Source of the DNA: a virus
Lineage: Duplodnaviria > Caudoviricetes
DNA: 26,853 nucleotides
IMG/VR virus record: IMGVR_UViG_3300020045_002589
Span: 1 to 26,853 of that record
Reading direction: 5' to 3' (one strand)
The stretch's first letter is position 1, and each line of letters begins with the position of its first letter. Made by a program: the position numbers and the translations under genes. The notes beneath the pieces were generated by a model that worked only from the letters and a program-made list of their open reading frames with translations, was not told the DNA's origin and did no database searches. Positions 1-8,479 of this stretch are shown here, in pieces.

Positions 1-121
1 AATATGTTGACAATCCCGCCATTCCAAGTATAATGAATCATCAAATCAGTAAACACAACCCTAATTGGAGAGCCAAATGGAAACCATCATAAAGCCCGAA
101 ACTAAGACTAAGACAGTTGCT
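1..121. repeat. Terminal direct repeat, left copy (circular assembly overlap)
   Basis: Bases 1-121 are identical to 26733-26853. The repeat cuts through a gene, as expected for a circular or circularly permuted genome closed by an assembler. Confidence 0.95.
7..34 (+). promoter_or_regulatory. Consensus sigma70 promoter of the early operon
   Basis: TTGACA (7-12), 16-nt spacer, TATAAT (29-34), upstream of GGAG and ATG 77. Confidence 0.9.
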
Positions 122-250
122 ATACGAATGACCCCTACGGACTATGAAATCTTCACTCAAGCAGCTAAAGAACTTAAAGTATCAACCTCAACACTAATGT
201 TGGAACTATCTAAACGTAGACTACTGGAGTACAACAATGAAACTATTTAA
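77..250 (+). CDS. Ribbon-helix-helix (Arc/CopG/MobC-like) transcriptional regulator
   Basis: Beta-strand KTVAIRMT followed by helices PTDYEIFTQAAKELKVSTSTLMLELS is the RHH pattern. The TTG start at 65 overlaps the SD (TTGGAG), so ATG 77 is preferred. Confidence 0.7.
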   Translation: METIIKPETKTKTVAIRMTPTDYEIFTQAAKELKVSTSTLMLELSKRRLLEYNNETI

Positions 251-413
251 TCTTTTTGTCAAACAACCTGCTAAGACCTGCCCTTTAGTAAGTAAATTAA
301 AGGAAACTTTGCAATCTACCCAACTTATCATAGCAACATTGCAAGTTATTAATGACGCAGATGCCGCTGCTTTGCAAACATTCAAAACTAACGTACAAGC
401 TCTTGGAGAGTAA
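237..413 (+). CDS. Small hypothetical protein, 58 aa, not in the ORF track (MKLFNLFVKQP...QALGE)
   Basis: Translated by hand. GGAG at 226-229, ATG 237, TAA 411-413. It fills the gap exactly and ends 1 nt before ATG 415. Confidence 0.7.
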   Translation: MKLFNLFVKQPAKTCPLVSKLKETLQSTQLIIATLQVINDADAAALQTFKTNVQALGE

Positions 414-414
414 C

Positions 415-1008
415 ATGACTACTACAACTAACAACACAAGTGTAACTAACATTCCTACATTCAGTAATCGCTTCTTAGTCTTCGGAGTAGGTCTTAATGA
501 TAGCCAAGCCTCAGGAAGCTCCTCTTGTCCCTATTATGCTGTTTGGCACTCTATGTTATCAAGATGTTACAGTGCTAAGACACAAGCTAAGAATCCTGCT
601 TACATAGGTTGTACTGTTTCCGATGAATGGCTACGCTTTAGCAACTTTAAAAAATGGATGATGGAACAAACTTGGGAAGGCTTACAAATAGATAAGGATA
701 TTCTTGTTCTTGGCAATAAAGTCTACAGTGCCGATACTTGTCTCTTTGTAACCCGTGAAGTTAATACCCTTATTAGAAAGAATAGAGGAAAATATGCCTT
801 AGGGGTTACTTGGGTGGATACCATTGGTAAATTCAAAGCTGCTTGTACGATACATGGTTCACAAAAGACTCTTGGGTACTACTTAACAGAAGATGAAGCC
901 GCCCAAGTCTACTTAGTTTGTAAGAAAGAAGTAATAAAGATAGTTGCAAGTAAGCAAACAAATGAAAAGGTTCGTAAAAGACTCCTTGAGATTGCTGATG
1001 AAATGTAA
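415..1008 (+). CDS. HNH-type homing endonuclease-like protein with AP2-like C-terminal DNA-binding region
   Basis: Motifs YAVWHSMLSRCY, YIGCTVSDEWLRFSNFKKW and IDKDILVLGNKVYSADTCLFV..EVN, then GV.W......KF.A...LGYY.TEDEAA..Y. SD TTGGAG precedes ATG 415. Confidence 0.75.
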   Translation: MTTTTNNTSVTNIPTFSNRFLVFGVGLNDSQASGSSSCPYYAVWHSMLSRCYSAKTQAKNPAYIGCTVSDEWLRFSNFKKWMMEQTWEGLQIDKDILVLGNKVYSADTCLFVTREVNTLIRKNRGKYALGVTWVDTIGKFKAACTIHGSQKTLGYYLTEDEAAQVYLVCKKEVIKIVASKQTNEKVRKRLLEIADEM

Positions 1009-1065
1009 CTTTACTTTGCCAAGGATGGCATTAACTATCTACCAACCTAACTAAGAGTTAAACTA

Positions 1066-1449
1066 ATGAAAACAATACCAGAGTTAAAGAAAGCAATTGA
1101 CCAACTTCTTGAAGATGGTTACACAGTAATAGAAGCACAGGAGGCTACTTGGGCATACTTAATATACGGAGTAGGCTTACTGGCTAAAGAATCTTTAAGT
1201 GAAACCTTTACTAAAGAAGACTATGAGAAAGCCCGTAGAAACTATCACAGACTAGGACAACTTAATATCTTTGGGTTGCCAAAAGAGGAAGCAACACAAC
1301 TTCGTAAAGAATATGATGAGGCAAGCAATAAGTATCTCCGAATGAAAGAAATACTTGAGAAGCTTAGTAAGCCCTCGGAAGAACCTTTAGCTATTCTTGA
1401 TAGAGAAATTGATGTTGCAACAATAAGAGATATACTTCATAATCTTTAA
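1066..1449 (+). CDS. Hypothetical protein (helical, early region)
   Basis: 127-aa ORF co-oriented with the operon; no motif recognised. Confidence 0.7.
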   Translation: MKTIPELKKAIDQLLEDGYTVIEAQEATWAYLIYGVGLLAKESLSETFTKEDYEKARRNYHRLGQLNIFGLPKEEATQLRKEYDEASNKYLRMKEILEKLSKPSEEPLAILDREIDVATIRDILHNL

Positions 1450-1503
1450 TTAACACTTAATAGACAAAGATGTCTTTACTAATAACTATCCTAGAGAACT
1501 CTC

Positions 1504-2232
1504 ATGAACAATAAACCTTTTAACACAGAAGACTTTCTTACCAGTAAACCTTTTGTAAACGTAAAACCCTTCATTACAGTAAAGCAACCAGTTGAAACTA
1601 AGGACACTATAGAGGAACTTCCCTACCAACATCCTTTAATTAGACTATCTTGGCTAATAGCTTGCTTTATAATAGCTAGACTTTACCCAGCTTTAGGGCT
1701 ACTTTGCACAGTAATAGCCATCTATCAGTTCCTATACCTACTTGGAAACCTACCTACCTACTTTGAAACTCGTGCTAAGGCTAAGGAAGTTAAACGAATA
1801 GCTAAGGAAGCCATTAAGGCATACGAAAAGCGAGCTAAACAGGAGAAGTTACTAGCCCAACAACGATACAAAAATACTTTCGGCACTCCCCCTATCGATA
1901 ACCTAGAACTACTTTGGAAACTTAAATTTACCCTACTTGGTATCTTCCTTTTACTTGCCTACGGGATGTCAAATGCTAGGGCAGAAGTTAGTAAACTTGA
2001 ACAACTGACTAATAACCTGCGTGAAGTCCGATACTGTACAGTTGCTTATAAAGAAAATACACAGTATCCTGTTTGGAGAGAATATGTTGGACTTTGTTTA
2101 CCTGAGTTAACTAAAGCAGTTACTACTTGTGAATCTTACTATCTAAATCAAAGTTATAAAGAACTTTGTAAGGAGTATGTTTATCAAGTTTCTCTCTCAA
2201 CTTATAAAAGCACCTCTTACCTCAGTAAATAG
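1504..2232 (+). CDS. Membrane protein with a predicted exported Cys-containing C-terminal domain
   Basis: Hydrophobic segments LSWLIACFIIARLYPALGLLCTVIAIYQFLYLL and FTLLGIFLLLAYGM flank a basic helical segment. Four Cys lie in the C-terminal domain. Confidence 0.7.
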   Translation: MNNKPFNTEDFLTSKPFVNVKPFITVKQPVETKDTIEELPYQHPLIRLSWLIACFIIARLYPALGLLCTVIAIYQFLYLLGNLPTYFETRAKAKEVKRIAKEAIKAYEKRAKQEKLLAQQRYKNTFGTPPIDNLELLWKLKFTLLGIFLLLAYGMSNARAEVSKLEQLTNNLREVRYCTVAYKENTQYPVWREYVGLCLPELTKAVTTCESYYLNQSYKELCKEYVYQVSLSTYKSTSYLSK

Positions 2233-2253
2233 AACCTGTAACACCGATTCTTC

Positions 2254-2282
2254 TTGCAATTTCCCTCCAAACCCTGTAAGCT
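2254..2282 (+). promoter_or_regulatory. Putative sigma70 promoter for the tail/ejection block
   Basis: TTGCAA (2254-2259), 17 nt, TAAGCT (2277-2282) in the intergenic gap. Confidence 0.55.
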
Positions 2283-2331
2283 GTTCTTAATATTTCATAC
2301 CATCACTGGTTAGTAATTTTGAGAACAGCTT

Positions 2332-2568
2332 ATGAGCATCCCAACTGCACCACTCCAAACCCCTGAATTTGACCAAAACTGGATTCATTACTTTGCGGTG
2401 ATTAGTCCTATTATTGCCAGTCTTGCTGATAGCGGAACTACTACTGTACGTCCTATTAAGGGTCTTTGGATTGGTAGGCAATTCTTTGATACAACTATCG
2501 GTAAGCCAATCTATGTTAAGACTTTAGTTCCTATTGTTTGGGTAGATGCTGCTGGAGTAGTAGTCTAA
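2332..2568 (+). CDS. Small virion/tail accessory protein
   Basis: SGTTTVRP..L.IGRQFFDTTIGKPIY..WVDA.G..V is a motif common in phage tail/spike proteins. The stop overlaps the next start (TAATG). Confidence 0.65.
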   Translation: MSIPTAPLQTPEFDQNWIHYFAVISPIIASLADSGTTTVRPIKGLWIGRQFFDTTIGKPIYVKTLVPIVWVDAAGVVV

Positions 2569-3437
2569 TGGAAAACTCTACTATTATTAACCCATCTGAA
2601 CAGTTACTTGTCTCTGTAAATCTATCAACAGAGCTTGAACCTTTAGTTTTAACAGAGCCACAGTTAAGTTGTCCCGTCATTCATACTTTAGCCCCTAAGA
2701 TGTATATTCGGGAAGTCCATTTACCAAAGGGAGCTTTCATCTTAGGTAACTATCACACCACACTACACCAGAATATCATGTTAAAAGGTGAACTAGACCT
2801 AATACATGAGGATGGTTCTGCTACAAGGATAGTTGCTCCTTATATGTGTACTGGTAGTATTGGTCGTAAGATGGCTTTTATCATAGAAGATACTGTCTGG
2901 TTAAACTTATTCTCTGTAGAAGATGAAGAACAAGATATAGAAGTTCTTGAAGCGCGTTTCATGGATAGAAGTGAAGCCTTCCTGCAAGCTAGAGATAGTG
3001 CAAAGGTAACGCCCTTGGAGGATATTGAAGACTTTAGCTACTTCTTGGAATGCTTCCAACTAGATAGAGAAACAGTCCAAGCAATCCCAGAAGATACTTC
3101 CGATTTAATAAAGTTACCCTATGGTAGTTACAAATTCAAGATAGCAGACTCTACTATTGCTGGTAAAGGTGTCTTTGCAACAGCTAATATAGCTAGTGGA
3201 GAACTAATTGGAGCTAGTAGGATAGGAAATAAAAGAACTTCACTTGGCAGATACTTAAATCATGCTAAAGAACCCAATGCAACTATGATAAGAGTAGGCG
3301 AAGATATTCTCTTAATAGCTACAAAGGAGTTACTTGGTTGTTTTGGGGGTCTTGATGGGGAAGAAATTACAGTAAACTATGCGGATGTATTACAAGTAAC
3401 TCACTTGGCAAACGCAGTATCGGAGGATTTAAAATGA
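2568..3437 (+). CDS. Cupin-like domain fused to a SET-domain (putative lysine methyltransferase) protein
   Basis: N-terminal H.LAP.MYIREVHLPKG.FILG.YH...H.NIMLKG cupin pattern. C-terminal SET motifs STIAGKGVFAT..I..GE.I, RYLNHAKEPN and GEEITVNY. ATG 2568 is coupled to the upstream stop. Confidence 0.85.
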   Translation: MENSTIINPSEQLLVSVNLSTELEPLVLTEPQLSCPVIHTLAPKMYIREVHLPKGAFILGNYHTTLHQNIMLKGELDLIHEDGSATRIVAPYMCTGSIGRKMAFIIEDTVWLNLFSVEDEEQDIEVLEARFMDRSEAFLQARDSAKVTPLEDIEDFSYFLECFQLDRETVQAIPEDTSDLIKLPYGSYKFKIADSTIAGKGVFATANIASGELIGASRIGNKRTSLGRYLNHAKEPNATMIRVGEDILLIATKELLGCFGGLDGEEITVNYADVLQVTHLANAVSEDLK

Positions 3438-5353
3438 GTGGAGTAGCTGCCGCAGTAGCCGTGGGTACAGCCGTAGTAACGACTGGCGCACAAATGTATT
3501 CTTCTAGTAAGGCTAATAAAGCCCAGAAGAATGCCTTAAATCAACAGGGGGAGACAAGCCAAGGTAACTTTAATGATACTTCTGCCCTATATAGTCCGTA
3601 TGTAACCTCAGGTACTAATGCCTTAAATCGCTTACAGACGGGTACAGCTAAACCTATGACTGAGGAGCAGTTTACAAAAGCTAACCAAGCCTATCAAGTA
3701 GCATTGAATGACTGGAATAGCACGGAAGCTAGATACAACACAATGAAAGCCCAGTATAATCAACTAGACCAAAATGGAAAGAATGCCGTAGGTAACTCTC
3801 CAGAAGGTATGGTGGAATACTTTGATAAAGCATTAGCGGATAAGTATAAAGCTGGTAAACCAAGTGAACCTACCAATGAAGGTAGAGGAGAGTTTAGCCA
3901 ACTTGCTAATATGACCCCACAGGACTACTTTGCAGCCGAAGCCGCCGCTGGTAGACCAGTTTCCGCAGTTGACCAGAACTGGAACGCTAACTTTGACCAA
4001 GCAAGTTACTTAGCCTCCCAAGGTAAGAGTCCTACAGCTTTAAATGATAACTTTAACACCAATGCTCATTTAAAACAGTTTGGGAAGTCCGAAGCTGATA
4101 TGTATAAAGACTTTAGCATGAACGATTGGTTAACTGCCCAAGGTAAAGACCCAAATGCTTTAGTACAGAACTTTGACCAAGCGGGTTACTTAGCTAGTCA
4201 AGGTAGAAGTGCTGATGCTTTAAATCAAAACTTTGACCAAAACGCTTACTTAGTTTCTCAAGGTAAACAGGCAGGTGACTTAAATGCTAACTTCGACCAA
4301 GCCGCATATCTAGCTTCCCAAGGTAGAAGTGTAGTGGACTTAAATGCTAACTTTGATATGGGTAGTTGGTTACAAAGTCAGGGTAGAAGTACCAATGCGT
4401 TAACCCGTGACTTTGCTATGTCGGACTATCAAGAAGACCCCGCATATAAGTTTAGACTAGACCAAGGCAATAGAAGTCTTGAAGCAAGTGCAGCCTCACG
4501 AGGTACTACTTTAAGTGGTGCAACCTTGAAGGCTCTTAGTGCTTATAACCAAGGAGAGGCAAGTCAAGAGTATCAAAACAGTGTAACTCGTTACAATGTT
4601 AATAGAAATAATTTACAAAGTGTTGCTTATAACGCTCAAGGTCAATTTGGTACTGATAGAGGTAATCTTATCGGTAACACTAACCAAGCTGCAAGTCAGT
4701 TTGGACAAAACAGGGCTAATCTAGTTTCTAACACTGCTAATGCTTCCAGTCAGTTTGAACGGGATAGAGGTAATCTTATTAGCAATACCACTAATGCAGC
4801 TAACCAGTTTGGACAAGATAGAAGCCAATTAACTAATGTTGCTTATAATGCTCAAGGTCAGTTTATTGGTGATAGAAGCAACCTAGTAGCTAATGTTGGT
4901 AATGCCTCTAATCAGTTTACAAATGATAGAGCTAATCTTATTAGCAATGTTGGTAACGAGTTTAATAGATTTAACACTAACCAGAATAAGCTATATGGTA
5001 AGTTCGTTGATGCTTATGGCAGACAAAGTGGGGCAAAACAGACTGATTTTAGCAATATCTATGGACTAAGTAATCAAGGTTTACAGGCTACTTATGCACA
5101 AGCTCAAGCTGGACAGACTAATGCGGATAACCAAATGGGTGTTCAAGCTGGTATTGGTAATGCCCAAGTTCAACAAAGTAATAGCAATGCTAATGCTATT
5201 AGTGGACTAGCTGGTACTGTAGGTGGTGTAGCCGCTAACTACTTTAAGAACCAACCCTTATCCTCTGGTGGTGGTACCTCTGGTGGTAGTTCTAGTGGTA
5301 ATGCTTTAACTGGCTATACTCCATATCAATCACCTAATTATAGACTATACTAA
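3434..5353 (+). CDS. DNA ejection/pilot protein (P22 gp7-like) with expanded internal repeats
   Basis: Small-residue hydrophobic N-terminus, LYSPYVTSG..ALNRL, and conserved core DPAYKFRLDQG..SLEASAASRG..LSGATLKAL..Y.Q..ASQEY. Gln/Asn/Gly/Ala-rich. Confidence 0.8.
   Translation: MSGVAAAVAVGTAVVTTGAQMYSSSKANKAQKNALNQQGETSQGNFNDTSALYSPYVTSGTNALNRLQTGTAKPMTEEQFTKANQAYQVALNDWNSTEARYNTMKAQYNQLDQNGKNAVGNSPEGMVEYFDKALADKYKAGKPSEPTNEGRGEFSQLANMTPQDYFAAEAAAGRPVSAVDQNWNANFDQASYLASQGKSPTALNDNFNTNAHLKQFGKSEADMYKDFSMNDWLTAQGKDPNALVQNFDQAGYLASQGRSADALNQNFDQNAYLVSQGKQAGDLNANFDQAAYLASQGRSVVDLNANFDMGSWLQSQGRSTNALTRDFAMSDYQEDPAYKFRLDQGNRSLEASAASRGTTLSGATLKALSAYNQGEASQEYQNSVTRYNVNRNNLQSVAYNAQGQFGTDRGNLIGNTNQAASQFGQNRANLVSNTANASSQFERDRGNLISNTTNAANQFGQDRSQLTNVAYNAQGQFIGDRSNLVANVGNASNQFTNDRANLISNVGNEFNRFNTNQNKLYGKFVDAYGRQSGAKQTDFSNIYGLSNQGLQATYAQAQAGQTNADNQMGVQAGIGNAQVQQSNSNANAISGLAGTVGGVAANYFKNQPLSSGGGTSGGSSSGNALTGYTPYQSPNYRLY
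3989..4408 (+). repeat. 7 x 60-bp (20-aa) coding tandem repeat, consensus NFDQAxYLASQGxSxxxLNx
   Basis: The repeat register recurs exactly every 60 nt (CTTTG-like starts at 3991, 4051, 4111, 4171, 4231, 4291, 4351). Confidence 0.9.
4604..4981 (+). repeat. 7 x 54-bp (18-aa) coding tandem repeat, consensus RxNLxxNxxNAxxQFxxD
   Basis: Seven consecutive 18-aa units from RNNLQSVAYNAQGQFGTD to RANLISNVGNEFNRFNTN. Confidence 0.9.
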
Positions 5354-5364
5354 GGAGTAATCTC

Positions 5365-6603
5365 ATGCCAGTTAATCAACAAACGGATACCAGCTTAGTT
5401 AATAACTTTGCAGCCACTCAAAATGCTTTTAACAATGCCTACACAACAACTGTAGCCAATATGGATGCTATCCGTAAAGGACGGGAAAGTGCTACTGTTA
5501 ACAAACTAATGTCCGAAGCAGTTGACCCAGCTACAGGAACATTTGATAAGAATAAGTTAATAGGGGGCTTGGCTAGTGTTGGCTTAGGTAGCGAGATACC
5601 AACCCAACTAGCTAACATTCAAAGTAATGAAATTAACAATCTAAAGGTTGCGGGAGCTAAGATTGAAGCTTCCCAGCAACAACTTGGTTTAATCGGGCAA
5701 CTCTTTGGTGGTATTACTACTAAAGTTGAATATGATAATGCTAAAGCTAGGGCACAGGAACTTGGTATTGATGTTAGTAGGTATCCAGACGCTACTGATG
5801 ATGCTAGTGCAGCTAGTTTCGGAAAGACTGCTTCTAGTAATGCTGTCAGTGCTTCTGATAAGCTTGACTTTGAGTATAAGAATAGTGAACTCTATACTCG
5901 AATGGAGAAATATAAGCAACAAGATGCACTTGCGCAGTCTAAGTTAACACAAGATGAGGCTCAGTTTAATCAAGACCAACAAACTAAACAAGAGAATCAA
6001 CAAGCTTTACGAGAAGATAGACAGGCTAATAGAGAGGATAGACAAACTGCAAGACAGGAAGCCCTTGAGGCTAAGAAAGAAGCAGCCGCTAATAAGCCAA
6101 TGCCAGTAGGTTACGCTAAGCAGTATCAGGAACTACTTGATAAGGAAGCTGCCCATAATAGCAACATTGCAAGGGCTAATGACCTTCTTATTGACCCTGC
6201 TTTGGAGAATGTTAATCTTGTTACTGGTAAGGTTGCAGGGGTACAGAATTGGCTTGGAGCTGATAGCGAAACTTCAAGATATGTTGCTAAACTGCAATCG
6301 GGTATCAAGGAGATTGTTAATGAAGACTTAAGACTTAACAAAGGAGCGCAAACTGATAAAGACTATGTTAATTCTAAAGATGCCTTACTTAGTGCTACAA
6401 ACCAGAACAATCCAGCATTAATTAAGCAAGCATTGGGGAATTATATGGCGCAACAAAAGAGACTAATGAGTACAACTCTTGCTGGTAAGAAGGTTATTGA
6501 GAGTCAGTTCCCAACGCAAACAACAGGTGAGTCTGCTAGTGGCTCTAAAGGGAGAACTCATTCCACTCTTGGAACAATTAGCCCAGATGAGGAGGATTTA
6601 TAA
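5365..6603 (+). CDS. Second ejection protein (positional equivalent of P22 gp20)
   Basis: AGGAG SD, position between two ejection genes, helical Ala/Gln-rich sequence with a charged coiled-coil segment. Function is inferred from synteny. Confidence 0.65.
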   Translation: MPVNQQTDTSLVNNFAATQNAFNNAYTTTVANMDAIRKGRESATVNKLMSEAVDPATGTFDKNKLIGGLASVGLGSEIPTQLANIQSNEINNLKVAGAKIEASQQQLGLIGQLFGGITTKVEYDNAKARAQELGIDVSRYPDATDDASAASFGKTASSNAVSASDKLDFEYKNSELYTRMEKYKQQDALAQSKLTQDEAQFNQDQQTKQENQQALREDRQANREDRQTARQEALEAKKEAAANKPMPVGYAKQYQELLDKEAAHNSNIARANDLLIDPALENVNLVTGKVAGVQNWLGADSETSRYVAKLQSGIKEIVNEDLRLNKGAQTDKDYVNSKDALLSATNQNNPALIKQALGNYMAQQKRLMSTTLAGKKVIESQFPTQTTGESASGSKGRTHSTLGTISPDEEDL

Positions 6604-8459
6604 TGGCTAATAAACAAGAAGTTTATCAATGGTGGATAAATAAAGGTTATCCACCCCATGAAGCAGCGGCTTTAACAGGTAACTTTGTAGCCGAATCAGG
6701 TCTTGACCCAACTGTTTACAATAAACAAGGTAGTGGTGCTTTCGGTACTGCCCAATGGCTAGGTAGTCGTAAGAAGGATTTACTTAACTTTGCTAAGTCA
6801 GAGGGCAAAGACCCTTATGATACTGCTACTCAGCTAGAGTTTGCAGACTTTGAACTACACGGGAAGGAAGCTAATGCGCTAAAGAAACTCCAAGCTACCA
6901 ATAATGTTGAAGATGCGGCTTATGCAGTGGCTAAGTATTATGAAAGACCTAGTGATAAAGAGATTGCAGGTTCAATAGCAAAACGAACTAATGTTGCACA
7001 AAGTTTACTAGGTAGTGAAGGAGAGGGCGGCTCTGGTGGTGCTGGGGGCTTATCAACTGAACTATCCGAAGATAAGGTACAACGTATTCAGGCATATCGT
7101 AAGGCTAAGGAGAGTAATCCAAGCCTTACTGTAGCTGACTTCAAGGCAACTAGCCCTTTATATAGTGTAGAGAAACCAACTACGGGTGAACCTACTATTG
7201 ATGAAGCTAAAGTTGCTAAGATATTAGCATATAGAGCAGCAAAGTCACAGAATCCTAATCTAACTACCGCAGAGTTTAAAGCTACTAGCCCTTTGTATAA
7301 TAAACCCTTAACAGTAACAGATAATACAAAAACAGAAGCAGCTTCTCCACTATTAGATACTATCACTGACGTTCCTAGACTAGCTACTAATACGGCAGGT
7401 TTCATTGCTAACTCTGCTACAAAAGCTGTAGGTAATACTCTTGATACTATTGTTAATACTCCAGAGAATATTTCTAACTTAATGGGAGCTGGCTTAGGTT
7501 TTATTGGAGGAGAACTTGGTGTACCTGCTAAGTTTTTACCTGAATTAAACACACCAACTGCAAAGGTAAGTAATCTTGCAAAGGAGACTGGGGTTATTTC
7601 AAGCAACCCAGAGTATAATCCTACTTCAACAGGTGGTAAAGTAGCCGATGCTGCTATTCAAGGTGGGGTTGGGTATGCTACACTACCTGCTAGTGGACTT
7701 GCTAATGTTGGTAAGAACTTATTAACAGGTGCAACTATGGGTGGTACTGCATCCGCTGTCACAGAAGCTACGGATAATCCTTTAGTTGGTACAGTTGCAG
7801 GGGTAGTTGCTCCCGCAGTTATTACTAAAGGGTCTTCACTTGTTACAAATAACCCACTAACTAGGGGAGTTGGAAAGATTACTACTAAGATTGCTAATGA
7901 AGTTCCTTACTATTCAAAAGCTGGTGCTGAGAAGGCTGCTGCTGTTAGAATTAATGAGGAATTTAATACTTTACAAGGTCTTAGAAATAGGACGATATTA
8001 AGTCCAGAAGATAACTATGGAGTGATTAAACTACTTGCTGAACAAAGACTAGCTTTATCAGATTCTTTAAAATCAAAGATGCTAAAAGCTCCAGATACTA
8101 TTATTCATAGAAACCCTGAGTTAGTTTCAAGTTCTGCTGGGGCTGCACTTGGTAGTGCCTTAGTAGGTTCTCCTTTAGGTGGTGCTGTTGCTGGGTACTT
8201 CTTTAAAGGAGCTGCTAAGAAGCTTGTTGATAGTCTAACTACTAAGCAAAATCAAGCCCTGCAAGATGCAGTTAATAAAGGTCTTACTAACCCAGAGACT
8301 TTACAAGCGGCTTTCTCGAAGATGCAGCCTAAAGAAGTTCCTTCATTCTTCAAGGAACTAGAGAAACTTAATACACCTGAAAGTCAAGCAAGAATAGGTA
8401 TGGCGTTACCTAATGAAGATAAAGATAAGAAACCCGTAAATAAACTAATAAGTAATTAA
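6603..8459 (+). CDS. Third ejection protein with N-terminal phage tail lysozyme (Phage_lysozyme2-like) domain
   Basis: AAALTGNFVAESGLDP, GAFGTAQWLGSRK..L..FA, QLEF...EL.G.E and A...YERP motifs, followed by a Gly/Ala-rich helical region. Confidence 0.85.
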   Translation: MANKQEVYQWWINKGYPPHEAAALTGNFVAESGLDPTVYNKQGSGAFGTAQWLGSRKKDLLNFAKSEGKDPYDTATQLEFADFELHGKEANALKKLQATNNVEDAAYAVAKYYERPSDKEIAGSIAKRTNVAQSLLGSEGEGGSGGAGGLSTELSEDKVQRIQAYRKAKESNPSLTVADFKATSPLYSVEKPTTGEPTIDEAKVAKILAYRAAKSQNPNLTTAEFKATSPLYNKPLTVTDNTKTEAASPLLDTITDVPRLATNTAGFIANSATKAVGNTLDTIVNTPENISNLMGAGLGFIGGELGVPAKFLPELNTPTAKVSNLAKETGVISSNPEYNPTSTGGKVADAAIQGGVGYATLPASGLANVGKNLLTGATMGGTASAVTEATDNPLVGTVAGVVAPAVITKGSSLVTNNPLTRGVGKITTKIANEVPYYSKAGAEKAAAVRINEEFNTLQGLRNRTILSPEDNYGVIKLLAEQRLALSDSLKSKMLKAPDTIIHRNPELVSSSAGAALGSALVGSPLGGAVAGYFFKGAAKKLVDSLTTKQNQALQDAVNKGLTNPETLQAAFSKMQPKEVPSFFKELEKLNTPESQARIGMALPNEDKDKKPVNKLISN

Positions 8460-8479
8460 GATTAACTTTGGAGAACAGT

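Noticed and set aside
3989-4981. Periodic repeats as a CRISPR array or a DGR template/variable repeat pair
   Set aside because: The repeats are in frame, degenerate at synonymous positions and lack unique spacers. No cas or reverse transcriptase gene is present.
5689-7606. Antisense and alternate-frame ORFs inside ejection genes (5689, 5705, 6126, 6137, 7088)
   Set aside because: They are fully nested in well-supported genes and have no motifs; they are shadow ORFs.
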